Assembly (NCBI GenBank): GCA_964016885.1
Contig: OZ024749.1
Span: 4,836,001 to 4,900,000, forward strand
From: Eledone cirrhosa
Taxonomy: Eukaryota
DNA length: 64,000 nucleotides
Direction of reading: 5' to 3'
Made by a program: the position numbers and the translations under genes. The notes under the pieces were generated by a model. The model was not told where the DNA came from and did no database searches. It saw nothing but the letters and a program-made list of their open reading frames with translations. Of the stretch, positions 43,048 through 54,769 are shown piece after piece; position 1 is the stretch's first letter; every line of letters starts with the position of its first letter.

Positions 43048-44548
43048 TACCTATCTTCCGGCCTCTCTAGAGAATCGTAAAAGCACATATCGTTATATGC
43101 TTTTTCTATGAAAATTAGTAGTGGGCAGACTAATTTGCATAGAGCGTGAGTACGTACCGGTTCAACGGAGACGATAAAAACAAATAACGAAACGAAATTA
43201 AATTTCGTTTCATTTGTAACTCACTTTTGTATGACTGACGCTTAAACAATTAAGTTAAAGATGTACATCCACATATGTATACTGAAATACTAGTATGCAT
43301 ATGAATACACACACGTATACATATGTAGATGTACCGAGTTTTTCACTGGTCACTTTACTGTGAGTGTCCAGCTATTCTGTATGTAAACACACAGACAAAC
43401 CGGTTTTTAGAGTCATACTGGTTTTTGAGGAAACACCTTTCCTCTATTCTCCAGAAAGCCAGGCAAGGAATATTGAACTAGTTTCGATGTTGTTACATCT
43501 CATCAGCAATATTTACCTATCTTCCGGCCTCTCTAGAGAATCGTAAAAGCACATATCGTTATATGCTTTTTCTATGAAAATTAGTAGTGGGCAGACTAAT
43601 TTGCATAGAGCGTGAGTACGTACCGGTTCAACGGAGACGATAAAAACAAATAACGAAACGAAATTAAATTTCGTTTCATTTGTAACTCACTTTTGTATGA
43701 CTGACGCTTAAACAATTAAGTTAAAGATGTACATCCACATATGTATACTGAAATACTAGTATGCATATGAATACACACACGTATACATATGTAGATGTAC
43801 CGAGTTTTTCACTGGTCACTTTACTGTGAGTGTCCAGCTATTCTGTATGTAAACACACAGACAAACCGGTTTTTAGAGTCATACTGGTTTTTGAGGAAAC
43901 ACCTTTCCTCTATTCTCCAGAAAGCCAGGCAAGGAATATTGAACTAGTTTCGATGTTGTTACATCTCATCAGCAATATTTACCTATCTTCCGGCCTCTCT
44001 AGAGAATCGTAAAAGCACATATCGTTATATGCTTTTTCTATGAAAATTAGTAGTGGGCAGACTAATTTGCATAGAGCGTGAGTACGTACCGGTTCAACGG
44101 AGACGATAAAAACAAATAACGAAACGAAATTAAATTTCGTTTCATTTGTAACTCACTTTTGTATGACTGACGCTTAAACAATTAAGTTAAAGATGTACAT
44201 CCACATATGTATACTGAAATACTAGTATGCATATGAATACACACACGTATACATATGTAGATGTACCGAGTTTTTCACTGGTCACTTTACTGTGAGTGTC
44301 CAGCTATTCTGTATGTAAACACACAGACAAACCGGTTTTTAGAGTCATACTGGTTTTTGAGGAAACACCTTTCCTCTATTCTCCAGAAAGCCAGGCAAGG
44401 AATATTGAACTAGTTTCGATGTTGTTACATCTCATCAGCAATATTTACCTATCTTCCGGCCTCTCTAGAGAATCGTAAAAGCACATATCGTTATATGCTT
44501 TTTCTATGAAAATTAGTACGATTCTCTAGAGAGGCCGGAAGATAGGTA

Positions 44549-44593
44549 AATATTGCTGATGAGATGTAACAACATCGAAACTAGTTCAATATT
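44549..44593 (+). ncRNA. Type I hammerhead ribozyme (also 45015-45059, 45481-45525, 45947-45991 on plus)
   Basis: Same motif. Predicted cleavage after GUU at 44586. Confidence 0.9.
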
Positions 44594-46212
44594 CCTTGCC
44601 TGGCTTTCTGGAGAATAGAGGAAAGGTGTTTCCTCAAAAACCAGTATGACTCTAAAAACCGGTTTGTCTGTGTGTTTACATACAGAATAGCTGGACACTC
44701 ACAGTAAAGTGACCAGTGAAAAACTCGGTACATCTACATATGTATACGTGTGTGTATTCATATGCATACTAGTATTTCAGTATACATATGTGGATGTACA
44801 TCTTTAACTTAATTGTTTAAGCGTCAGTCATACAAAAGTGAGTTACAAATGAAACGAAATTTAATTTCGTTTCGTTATTTGTTTTTATCGTCTCCGTTGA
44901 ACCGGTACGTACTCACGCTCTATGCAAATTAGTCTGCCCACTACTAATTTTCATAGAAAAAGCATATAACGATATGTGCTTTTACGATTCTCTAGAGAGG
45001 CCGGAAGATAGGTAAATATTGCTGATGAGATGTAACAACATCGAAACTAGTTCAATATTCCTTGCCTGGCTTTCTGGAGAATAGAGGAAAGGTGTTTCCT
45101 CAAAAACCAGTATGACTCTAAAAACCGGTTTGTCTGTGTGTTTACATACAGAATAGCTGGACACTCACAGTAAAGTGACCAGTGAAAAACTCGGTACATC
45201 TACATATGTATACGTGTGTGTATTCATATGCATACTAGTATTTCAGTATACATATGTGGATGTACATCTTTAACTTAATTGTTTAAGCGTCAGTCATACA
45301 AAAGTGAGTTACAAATGAAACGAAATTTAATTTCGTTTCGTTATTTGTTTTTATCGTCTCCGTTGAACCGGTACGTACTCACGCTCTATGCAAATTAGTC
45401 TGCCCACTACTAATTTTCATAGAAAAAGCATATAACGATATGTGCTTTTACGATTCTCTAGAGAGGCCGGAAGATAGGTAAATATTGCTGATGAGATGTA
45501 ACAACATCGAAACTAGTTCAATATTCCTTGCCTGGCTTTCTGGAGAATAGAGGAAAGGTGTTTCCTCAAAAACCAGTATGACTCTAAAAACCGGTTTGTC
45601 TGTGTGTTTACATACAGAATAGCTGGACACTCACAGTAAAGTGACCAGTGAAAAACTCGGTACATCTACATATGTATACGTGTGTGTATTCATATGCATA
45701 CTAGTATTTCAGTATACATATGTGGATGTACATCTTTAACTTAATTGTTTAAGCGTCAGTCATACAAAAGTGAGTTACAAATGAAACGAAATTTAATTTC
45801 GTTTCGTTATTTGTTTTTATCGTCTCCGTTGAACCGGTACGTACTCACGCTCTATGCAAATTAGTCTGCCCACTACTAATTTTCATAGAAAAAGCATATA
45901 ACGATATGTGCTTTTACGATTCTCTAGAGAGGCCGGAAGATAGGTAAATATTGCTGATGAGATGTAACAACATCGAAACTAGTTCAATATTCCTTGCCTG
46001 GCTTTCTGGAGAATAGAGGAAAGGTGTTTCCTCAAAAACCAGTATGACTCTAAAAACCGGTTTGTCTGTGTGTTTACATACAGAATAGCTGGACACTCAC
46101 AGTAAAGTGACCAGTGAAAAACTCGGTACATCTACATATGTATACGTGTGTGTATTCATATGCATACTAGTATTTCAGTATACATATGTGGATGTACATC
46201 TTTAACTTAATT

Positions 46213-47115
<903 letters not shown>

Positions 47116-47709
47116 TCTTGGTTAAGAGAGTGTGACTGGCTTTGTGGAGTGCCTTTGCTCACTATAAAAGCTTCACGGCACAGGCATTGCTTTATATCTG
47201 GAGATCTCTCTGAACTTGTTGTCACATGGTGCCATGGGCCCAGCACTATGTGTCAATAATTGTCACAAGTGTAGTGTTTGTACCAGAGTGTTCAAGTCGC
47301 TGGCTGGACTAAAAAGTGACACTCGTTCAGCGCATCGGTAGGGGTTCACCTACATGGATATAAAGTAGTGGCCGTACTCGAAAACGAGTTGGCCGCCACC
47401 ATTTATGTCTATATATAGATAGATTGATAGATAGATAGATAGATATATTTCTTTTATTTGCCACTAGGGCATCAAAAGTGGGACAAGTACAAAGGGGGGA
47501 GTTTACACAAAAAGGCGTCCTCAATAAGGAGGAGGCAATAACAAAATATAAAAATAAAATAAGATATAACAAAAAATAAAATTTTTAACAAAATCCTCAA
47601 TAGAGAGGAGGCGCCTTGGGGGGTCGCACACACCCCCTAAAAAAGTGTGCAACCCTTCTCCTCAGGAGCACAGAGAAGGGGTGCTCCCTTGGTCTTTCAT
47701 CTTCCTCAC

Positions 47710-50700
47710 CTATAGTCTGATGTAGAGTGAAGGCCCATTCACACGGGCCATTCTCGCCACTTTCACCCATCTTTCATAGAAAGGGCTGGGGTGCAGCACC
47801 TCTCTCTCCATCCTGATCCTTCTTCCGAAATGATATCGGAAGAAACGGACCAGTTGTTGGCCAGAGAGAAAGGTGCCTGACCTCAGTCCTTTCAGACGCG
47901 TCCACCATACAACCTCTTTCGCCATGGCTATTACGCACAGAAACACCGCCTCTGCTTCATCTTTGAAGGGGGGAGGCGGCTTGATCATTACAATAGACTC
48001 GGTGGTCAACCGGATCGGTTCCACCCTTGACAGCAGTTGTTCGACATAGCCCCACAGATCGGCTACGCCCGAGCAGTGTACCAATGCGTGTGCAACGGTT
48101 TCCTCGTCGCACACGCATCTGGGACAGATCTTTTTGGCGGGGTCCCTACCCGGGCGCCCGTGTCTGTAGAGCCTTTCTCGAACGGGTAAAGCCCCTCGGT
48201 AGCACTGCCAGGCCAGGGACTTCTGGAAGTTGTCCATAGGTCCCGGGCTGAATGTCCTACCGAACAGGCTGGCCAGTTCGTCCTCCTCCATGTCTAGGGC
48301 TTCTCCGAGGGCGTCGTCGCACCTGCTGCGTACCAGCCCTCTATAGAATGTTGCGGTGGAGTCTCCACTGATAACCGGATCCGCCTGCCAGAGGGCGGTG
48401 AGCGCCTGGGCACACTCAGTGTGCCAGGCGCCCAGTTTTCTCGGTCTTTGCTTGACCCAGGATTGCAGCTCGGTGAGTGAGACGAGTCTGGGAAAGGTTC
48501 GCCTCACAAACGAGGCCCACACCGGTTGTCCGGTGAGGAATACGTAGAGGTGCCGTAGCCTTAATGCGTGTTTACGCATCATTAGCCACGGCATCCCCAG
48601 CCCTCCTTTCGAAGGGTGTTGACAGCAGATGGATCTCCTCACCATAGGAGCCCGCCTCTTCCAAAGGAATTGGAAGAGCGCGCGCTCCATCTTGGTGAGG
48701 GTTTCCCTTGGGCAGGGCACTACGGTCAGGCGGTAGTAGATGACGGACGCTATGTAGGTGTTCGCCACCTCCGCCCGACCTTTCAGGGATAGTTTGCAAC
48801 TGGCCCACTTCTGGGTCAGTGCAAACACCCTGTTCGTAACCTCCGTCCAGTTTTTCTCCACCTGGAGGTCCGGTCCGAACCAGACCCCGAGCAACTTCAC
48901 CGGGCCCTCCGTCCAGCGTCCGACGACGCCATCGGAGGGCATCGGTCTGCCCCTCCACGTGCCGAGTTGCAAACCGATCGACTTGTCCCGGTTCAGCTTA
49001 GCCCCTGTGAACTTTTCGTACTCCTCCAGTAAGGTGCCGACCGCCTCGATTTCGGAGGCCGTCGACACCATTACTGTCACGTCATCGGCGTAGGCCGACA
49101 CCGCTTTCCGCAATCCCGGTTCCAAAGGGATGCCCTGCAACAACTCCAACTTCCGCAGTAGTGGCTCGAGAGTCAACACATACAGAAGGGAGGAGAGAGG
49201 GCACCCCTGTCGGATGGACCGCGCGATTTTGAACGGCTCCGAGAGGTAGCCGTTCACCTTGACCCTAGAGCAGATGCGGCTGCTGTGCATAGCAGTGATC
49301 CAGCCCCTGAAAACGGGTCCGAAGCCTGCCGCCGCTAGCACCGCATCCAGGTAACCATGGTCGACCCTATCGAACGCCTTAGATTGATCCAAGTTGATCA
49401 GAGCCCCACCAAAGCCGGGTTCGTTCCCAACCCTCTCTATGATGTATCGCATGAGGTGGAGGTTGTCATGGATGGACCTGGACGGGATAGCGCATGTCTG
49501 CGCATCTCCCACCAGGTTGCCCACGACAAGCGCCAACCTCTTTGCTAGCACCTTGGCCAAAATCTGTAACTCTGTATTTAGCAGAGTTATGGGCCTGAAG
49601 TTACTTATTTCGTCCCCCTTGTTCTCGTCCTTCCTCACTAGCGTGACTACGCCCTTGGTCACAGTACAGGGAATTCTCCCATTCTGTTGCCAATTGCAGT
49701 AGACCGCCTCGAGGAGATCGGGGAACAAGTCCGGCATAGCTAGATATAATTCGTAAGGAAGACCATCGAGACCCGGGGATTTGCGTTTGCCGCATTGGCT
49801 CAGCACGTCCTCTATCTCAGCGGCCGAAATCGGCTCCTCGCAGGACTTCGCCTCCCTGTCGGAGAGGCGCGGCAGGCCGTCGAGGTATGGACCGAAGTCC
49901 ACGTTCCCAACCGGCTCCCCGCCCCTCCCGAACAGTCGGGCAAAGTGCCTTTGAAATGCCTCACACATCTGCTTAGGCTCAAGAATCGCCCGTCCATCCA
50001 GGTCTCGCAAAGACCGGATGGTGGATTTAGTTCCACTGTTGGCCTCTGTCACGCGGGCCCAGCTAACAGCTTTGGTCCCCTCGTTCCCTAGAGCACGTAT
50101 TTTACTTCGGACAACGCAGCCTTCGTGCTTCGCGTCGAAAAACTGGCTCAAAGCCGTTCTCGACGCTAGCACTCTGGCCACGTCGCCGCTTCTAATTGCC
50201 TCTTCTACTCTATCTATTAGCTCCCTTTCCTTCCTATTCCTATCCGCAGCTAGAACCTTACTAAATTCTATCGAGACTACTCTAATCTCTCTCTTTAGAG
50301 ATACCCACCACCTGCTGTTGACGATCGCTCCAGTCAACCGTTCCTTAACTAACGTACTAATCCGATTCCTGTAGGCTCTACTTGCCGGCAAGGACAAGTT
50401 GAGCTTCCAGTAACCGGGGCCCTGTCTATGAGTTCTGTCAAGGTTGACCATGCAGGTCACTAATTTGTGGTCTGAATAGCCAACCATGCGCATTTTTGGA
50501 CAACTTAAAAAGTCCTTATCCTTAATTCTAACTAAGAACCTATCTAGGTACGACCTAGATGATCCGCTACGATTTGCCCAAGTCCAGGTTGGCGCAGTCG
50601 GAAAATCTAGTCGATATCTATCGGCCAGGTCAAATCGACCGATTAGCCCTTTGAGGCTATTACACCCCTCTCTATCGGGGCAGGCCCCTACGTAGTCCCA

Positions 50701-51147
50701 GCGTGCATCTAGGATACCATTCCAGTCCCCCACTAATAGCAAGGAGCGGGACGTCCCCAGAAAAGTCTCCAGACGATGGAAGAAGTCCGGCCGCATTGAC
50801 CCGAAAGGGCCGTAGGCGGCTACCAACCTAAACGCTCCGCCTTTACCACTGCCAAGGTCCAGAACCACTAGTCGACCCTCCGGGTCCAAATGTACCATCT
50901 GTGTTGCGAGACCCAGATGTTTTTGCAGCAGAACGACAACTCCACCCCCACCTCCGGGCTGACAGAGAGATGCGTGCATCTCAAAGTCATCAAAGGTGGG
51001 GGCCAGCTGTCGCACGTTGCTGATCCGGGCCTCGCAAATAACCATCACATCTATACGTTGTGACCTGAGGTCATTTAGAAGCATTGCTTGCTTCCAAGTT
51101 GAGCCCAGGCCACGCGCATTTAAACAGCCTACTCTTAGCATAGCCAT
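47710..51147 (-). CDS. L1/Tx1 ORF2: APE endonuclease + reverse transcriptase + C-terminal Zn-binding domain
   Basis: LNARGL, GDWN, LDRFL, SDH (APE); GPGYWKLN, KSPGLDGLP, FRPITLLN, DQSKAFDRV, RQGCPLS, YADDV (RT); CPRC..ETVAHALVHC. No stops. First ATG at 51147. Confidence 0.95.
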   Translation of the reverse strand: MAMLRVGCLNARGLGSTWKQAMLLNDLRSQRIDVMVICEARISNVRQLAPTFDDFEMHASLCQPGGGGGVVVLLQKHLGLATQMVHLDPEGRLVVLDLGSGKGGAFRLVAAYGPFGSMRPDFFHRLETFLGTSRSLLLVGDWNGILDARWDYVGACPDREGCNSLKGLIGRFDLADRYRLDFPTAPTWTWANRSGSSRSYLDRFLVRIKDKDFLSCPKMRMVGYSDHKLVTCMVNLDRTHRQGPGYWKLNLSLPASRAYRNRISTLVKERLTGAIVNSRWWVSLKREIRVVSIEFSKVLAADRNRKERELIDRVEEAIRSGDVARVLASRTALSQFFDAKHEGCVVRSKIRALGNEGTKAVSWARVTEANSGTKSTIRSLRDLDGRAILEPKQMCEAFQRHFARLFGRGGEPVGNVDFGPYLDGLPRLSDREAKSCEEPISAAEIEDVLSQCGKRKSPGLDGLPYELYLAMPDLFPDLLEAVYCNWQQNGRIPCTVTKGVVTLVRKDENKGDEISNFRPITLLNTELQILAKVLAKRLALVVGNLVGDAQTCAIPSRSIHDNLHLMRYIIERVGNEPGFGGALINLDQSKAFDRVDHGYLDAVLAAAGFGPVFRGWITAMHSSRICSRVKVNGYLSEPFKIARSIRQGCPLSSLLYVLTLEPLLRKLELLQGIPLEPGLRKAVSAYADDVTVMVSTASEIEAVGTLLEEYEKFTGAKLNRDKSIGLQLGTWRGRPMPSDGVVGRWTEGPVKLLGVWFGPDLQVEKNWTEVTNRVFALTQKWASCKLSLKGRAEVANTYIASVIYYRLTVVPCPRETLTKMERALFQFLWKRRAPMVRRSICCQHPSKGGLGMPWLMMRKHALRLRHLYVFLTGQPVWASFVRRTFPRLVSLTELQSWVKQRPRKLGAWHTECAQALTALWQADPVISGDSTATFYRGLVRSRCDDALGEALDMEEDELASLFGRTFSPGPMDNFQKSLAWQCYRGALPVRERLYRHGRPGRDPAKKICPRCVCDEETVAHALVHCSGVADLWGYVEQLLSRVEPIRLTTESIVMIKPPPPFKDEAEAVFLCVIAMAKEVVWWTRLKGLRSGTFLSGQQLVRFFRYHFGRRIRMEREVLHPSPFYERWVKVARMARVNGPSLYIRL

Positions 51148-51171
51148 GTTGGTGGTGAAGAGAAAAGGCAC

Positions 51172-52966
51172 TTACCTCTCTGCGTCCCGGGTATCGGGCT
51201 GCACAATTTCCATTAGGGTGGGGGATGGGTTGTTGGGTGGGGTGGTGGTTTGTGGAAGTGTGGGGGCATCAGTGTGTTGTGTGGTTGGGGAGCTTGGAGT
51301 TGTGTGGGTGTTTGGGGAGGGGGTGGGATAGTTTTTTAGGAGGACGCGGTTAATGGGCCCGACGCAGGGGGGACCCACGTCCTCTTTAAAATTGTTTTTT
51401 AAAGTTTTATAGGTGTCCTGTGGGGCCTTAATCATTTTGAGGTGGGGGAAATCCCCTGCCTGGGTGAAGTTAGGCCCTTGTGTTTTTATTAGATTGTTGT
51501 TGTACACAATGTTTAACAGTTTTTTGTTTCTTGTATTTATGTATGTGTATGCATGTTTTTGTTTTTGTGTGGTGTTTTTTGTTTGCTGTTGTGAGCTCTT
51601 TTGTGTTGGTGTCAGTGTTATGTTTTGGGGAGAGGTTTTTTTCATTTGTGTGTCTGAGGTGTGTTTTCTTTTTTTTCTTTTGATTGTGTGGAAGTGCTCC
51701 TCCTCGTCTGACGACGAACTAGGGTCATCTTCCGCGTTGGAGGGGAGGGGTATATTTTCGGGTTGTGTTTGCGGTACGGGTGTTTTGGAAATTGTTTTTG
51801 TTTTTTGAGTGGAGGGGATGGGTTGGACATTGTTTTGTTTTGGTTTGAGCTGTGGTGGTTGTTTTTGTAGTGGTAGTTGTGGTGATTGTGTTGGTTGTGC
51901 AGTTGTTGGTGGTGTAGGCAGGATTGGGGTTTTCTTATTAAGTTGGGGACAGACAGCCCTCAGGTGACCTCTGGTTCCGCAGAGGTAACACGAGGGCCGT
52001 CTACCCTCAACGGTAATGTTGATGAAGGTTAGATCATCCAGTATGACGCGTTCAGGGATCTGGGCGATCCTTTCGGGCCTCATTTGAACTACAAGTTCGA
52101 GGCTCGTTCCACTGAACGCGTCACCCGATGCCTTTCCCATGGACACCAGCATGTCATCCTCCAGGTCCAGAAAACCTGTCAAAACCCACCATATGTCCAT
52201 AATCGGCAGGATGGTGTGGATTTTTATTTTTTGTGTTCTTCTACCCATGTACGTAGGGTAGAAGGTGTATGCGGTGGATGTGATTGGTTTGATGGACAGT
52301 TTCACTGCTGTGTCCCTGTCCTTCATGAGAATGGATAGACTCCCGTAGAGTCTATCCTTCTGAATGAAGGTGATGTCCTTCATGACGTCTTTTAAAACCA
52401 GCTCTATCTCGCTCTGTGATGGTTGAGCTGGTTTTTTACTTTTGTTCGAGATTGTCCTAAACATGACCGTGTTTAGGAGTCTCTGGCTTTTTAGTTCCGG
52501 GGGTGGAATGGATTGTGAATGAACCATTTTCCCCGTACACTATATATTTTTTCGCATCCGCCAGTAGCTCCTTCGCTTTTGTTATATCTACTGGCAGATA
52601 GTCGAGGGTTTTCCTTGTCGTCTCGGCGAAGGAGAAATTTTGTTTGTTTGTGTTGTTGTTGTTGTCGTTGGTGGTGTTGTTGTTATCATTGTTGTTGTTG
52701 TCACCGTTATTGGTCTTGTTGTTGTTGTTATTGTTATTGTTATTGGTGTTGTTTTCGTCCGTCGCATTGTTGTTGTTGTTGCTGTTGCTGCTGATTCTTT
52801 GGGTTGTTGCCATGGCAACGTCAAGTTGTCGGTTAACAGGTGAAGAGAATTCTTCCTCTGGCTGACCTTTCTTCTTGACCTCTGCTACTGTGACAGTGGC
52901 AGGGGGAAGCTGTAAGTTCATCTTCCCCTTTCCTCCTTCGAATTTTGGTGAAGAAGCTTCGGCCAT
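51172..52966 (-). CDS. L1/Tx1 ORF1 (gag-like, CCHC zinc knuckle), split into two overlapping frames near 52457-52530
   Basis: ORF 52457-52966 (Asn-rich) overlaps ORF 51172-52527, which contains CYLCGTRGHLRAVC and a basic NLS-like KRKKRK. Confidence 0.8.
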
Positions 52967-53517
52967 TTAAAAAAATATTGACTTTTCAACAAGAAAAAAC
53001 TTTTTTTTTTTTTGTTTAACTATTTCGCCTAAAGGCGTAGAATATTTTGAGAGACTGACCAGATCAAAGTTTGACCTGGCAGTCCCTCTACAAAATGGTA
53101 CAAAAATTAAAGTTATCAGACAAGAATTTCTATAGAAATTTAAACAGAACTTACTCAGCAAGTTATACGCGTGTGTCCATCCCAGAGATAGATAGATAGA
53201 TAGATAGATAGATATTCTTTTGCTATTTTACCTGTCCAGCCATCCGATTGAAGCCCTGCTGGGACACCGCTCTTTTTGCATCACTTTCTATACCCATCTT
53301 GCGTTAGCTGTCATTGATTTACGTTCATCTGTGATCTTGGATAGCAATGTGTCAAGTTGTTTCATGAGAATATGCTCGTCCACACCAGGCAGACCTCTCA
53401 ATTTTCTTGACAGCTTATTAAAAAGTTGGGAGCCTTTAAACCCGGACTATTTCAGTATCTGTTCCTCACACTAGATATATATATATATATATGTTTGTTT
53501 GTATAGTATATATATAT

Positions 53518-54033
53518 ATAAATGTAATCCGAGTTTTTCGAATATTAATAACATTCGATTCGTTTGTAATTATTCAAAAACGCCTCATTTTTAAAGCCAT
53601 GTCAGTGGAATGAACGCTTCATTCTTGCACTTGTGTTGTTGTTTTTTAAATTTGAATGTGGCAAAGCTGGCCATTTATCGCTGGTATACAGGAATATGAC
53701 TGGCGAGTCTGCTGATATGCAAATCTGGCTGATCAGTGGATCTGCTAATATGCAGATCTGACTGATCAGCCAGTCTGCTAATATGCAAATCATGCCGATC
53801 AGTCACTGTGTATTTTAGAAAATAGCATATATTTTCTCTAGCTCTGACAGTTTGGCAGGTGAACAGTGAGCTGTACTGATGAAGGGTGATACCCAGAAAC
53901 ATTACATGCCAACACAAGAGCAAGAATGAAGTTGTTCATTCTACTGACATGGCTGTAACATTGAGGCTTGTTTGCATAATTGCAAACGAATCGAATGTTA
54001 TTATTAATATTCGAAAACTCAGATTACATTTAT
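53518..54033. mobile_element. MITE/fold-back element with about 120-bp TIRs and internal about 33-bp tandem repeats
   Basis: aatgtaatccgagtttttcgaatattaataacattcgattcgtttg..ttgtgttg mirrored at 53910-54033. Internal tctgctaatatgca repeats. A related end occurs at about 3410-3440. Confidence 0.78.
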
Positions 54034-54082
54034 TGTAATCAGTCATGTAGAGCAAAAATGTGTCAATATATATATATATATC

Positions 54083-54183
54083 TATCAACTAGAAATTGAT
54101 TGGCATATATATATATATATATATATCAACTAGAAATTGATTGGCATATATATATATATATATATATCAACTAGAAATTGATT

Positions 54184-54228
<45 letters not shown>

Positions 54229-54300
54229 ACTAGAAATTGATTGGCATATATATATATATATATATATATATCAATTAGAAATTGATTGGCATATATATAT
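54083..54300. repeat. Tandem repeat tcaactagaaattgattggca separated by variable (TA)n spacers
   Basis: Five copies seen directly. Confidence 0.88.
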
Positions 54301-54769
54301 ATATAAAATAAACATGAAACTATCACAGGAAATAATTTGTAAATTGTGTAAGCACACACAGTCAGGTAGGTAACTAATTAAAGTTTAACTAGGACTTCAA
54401 ATATAGATACCTTTTCAAATGAATAATCTCCTTTGTATATATTTCATTAAATACAGAAATATATTTCACCCTCAATCGGTAAATCACAGTAGTCAAATCC
54501 TGGATTTTCAACAAAGGAAAGATTTACCAATCTGCGTTTAGACAGCAAATGCAAGTCTGTTAATGACTTGTAGAGGGTGTTGCATTTTTTTAAAAATACA
54601 CACACCGTACCAGCGTCATCCCAATTGGAATTCAGTCCTAGGGACACCCTTAGTCCATACTTGGATAATTCCAGTTCCATGAGCCCATCACCTTTCCAGG
54701 TCTGTACTCAGACAAATCCTTCCAGATTCGAATGAGAGAGGGGGAGGATATGAGAATGAGATATAGAAG

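Larger units (their letters stand above)
42708..46212. mobile_element. Head-to-head palindromic tandem array of a 466-bp hammerhead-containing unit (non-LTR retrozyme-like)
   Basis: Period 466 (identical ORFs at 42898, 43364, 43830, 44296 on + and mirrored on -). Inversion point 44517-44518 with a 39-bp unpaired spacer. About 3.9 units left and 3.6 right. (TA)n on both flanks. Confidence 0.92.
47447..53186 (-). mobile_element. Full-length L1/Tx1-clade LINE inserted in (GATA)n
   Basis: 5' UTR, ORF1 with CCHC knuckle, intact ORF2, and 3' UTR ending AATAAAAGAAAT. (gata)n-gatat on both flanks. Confidence 0.93.

Noticed and set aside
42898-43080. 60-aa ORF repeated eight times in the array
   Set aside because: GTG start, no recognisable motif and antisense to the ribozyme strand. 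Its recurrence only reflects the 466-bp periodicity.
42708-46212. Simple long-read fold-back chimera as the explanation of the palindrome
   Set aside because: The arms end at different unit positions, the flanks beyond them differ, and diverged palindromes of the same geometry occur elsewhere in the window. Not fully excluded without reads.
54083-54300. CRISPR-like repeat-spacer pattern
   Set aside because: Spacers are only (TA)n, the context is eukaryotic and there are no cas genes.
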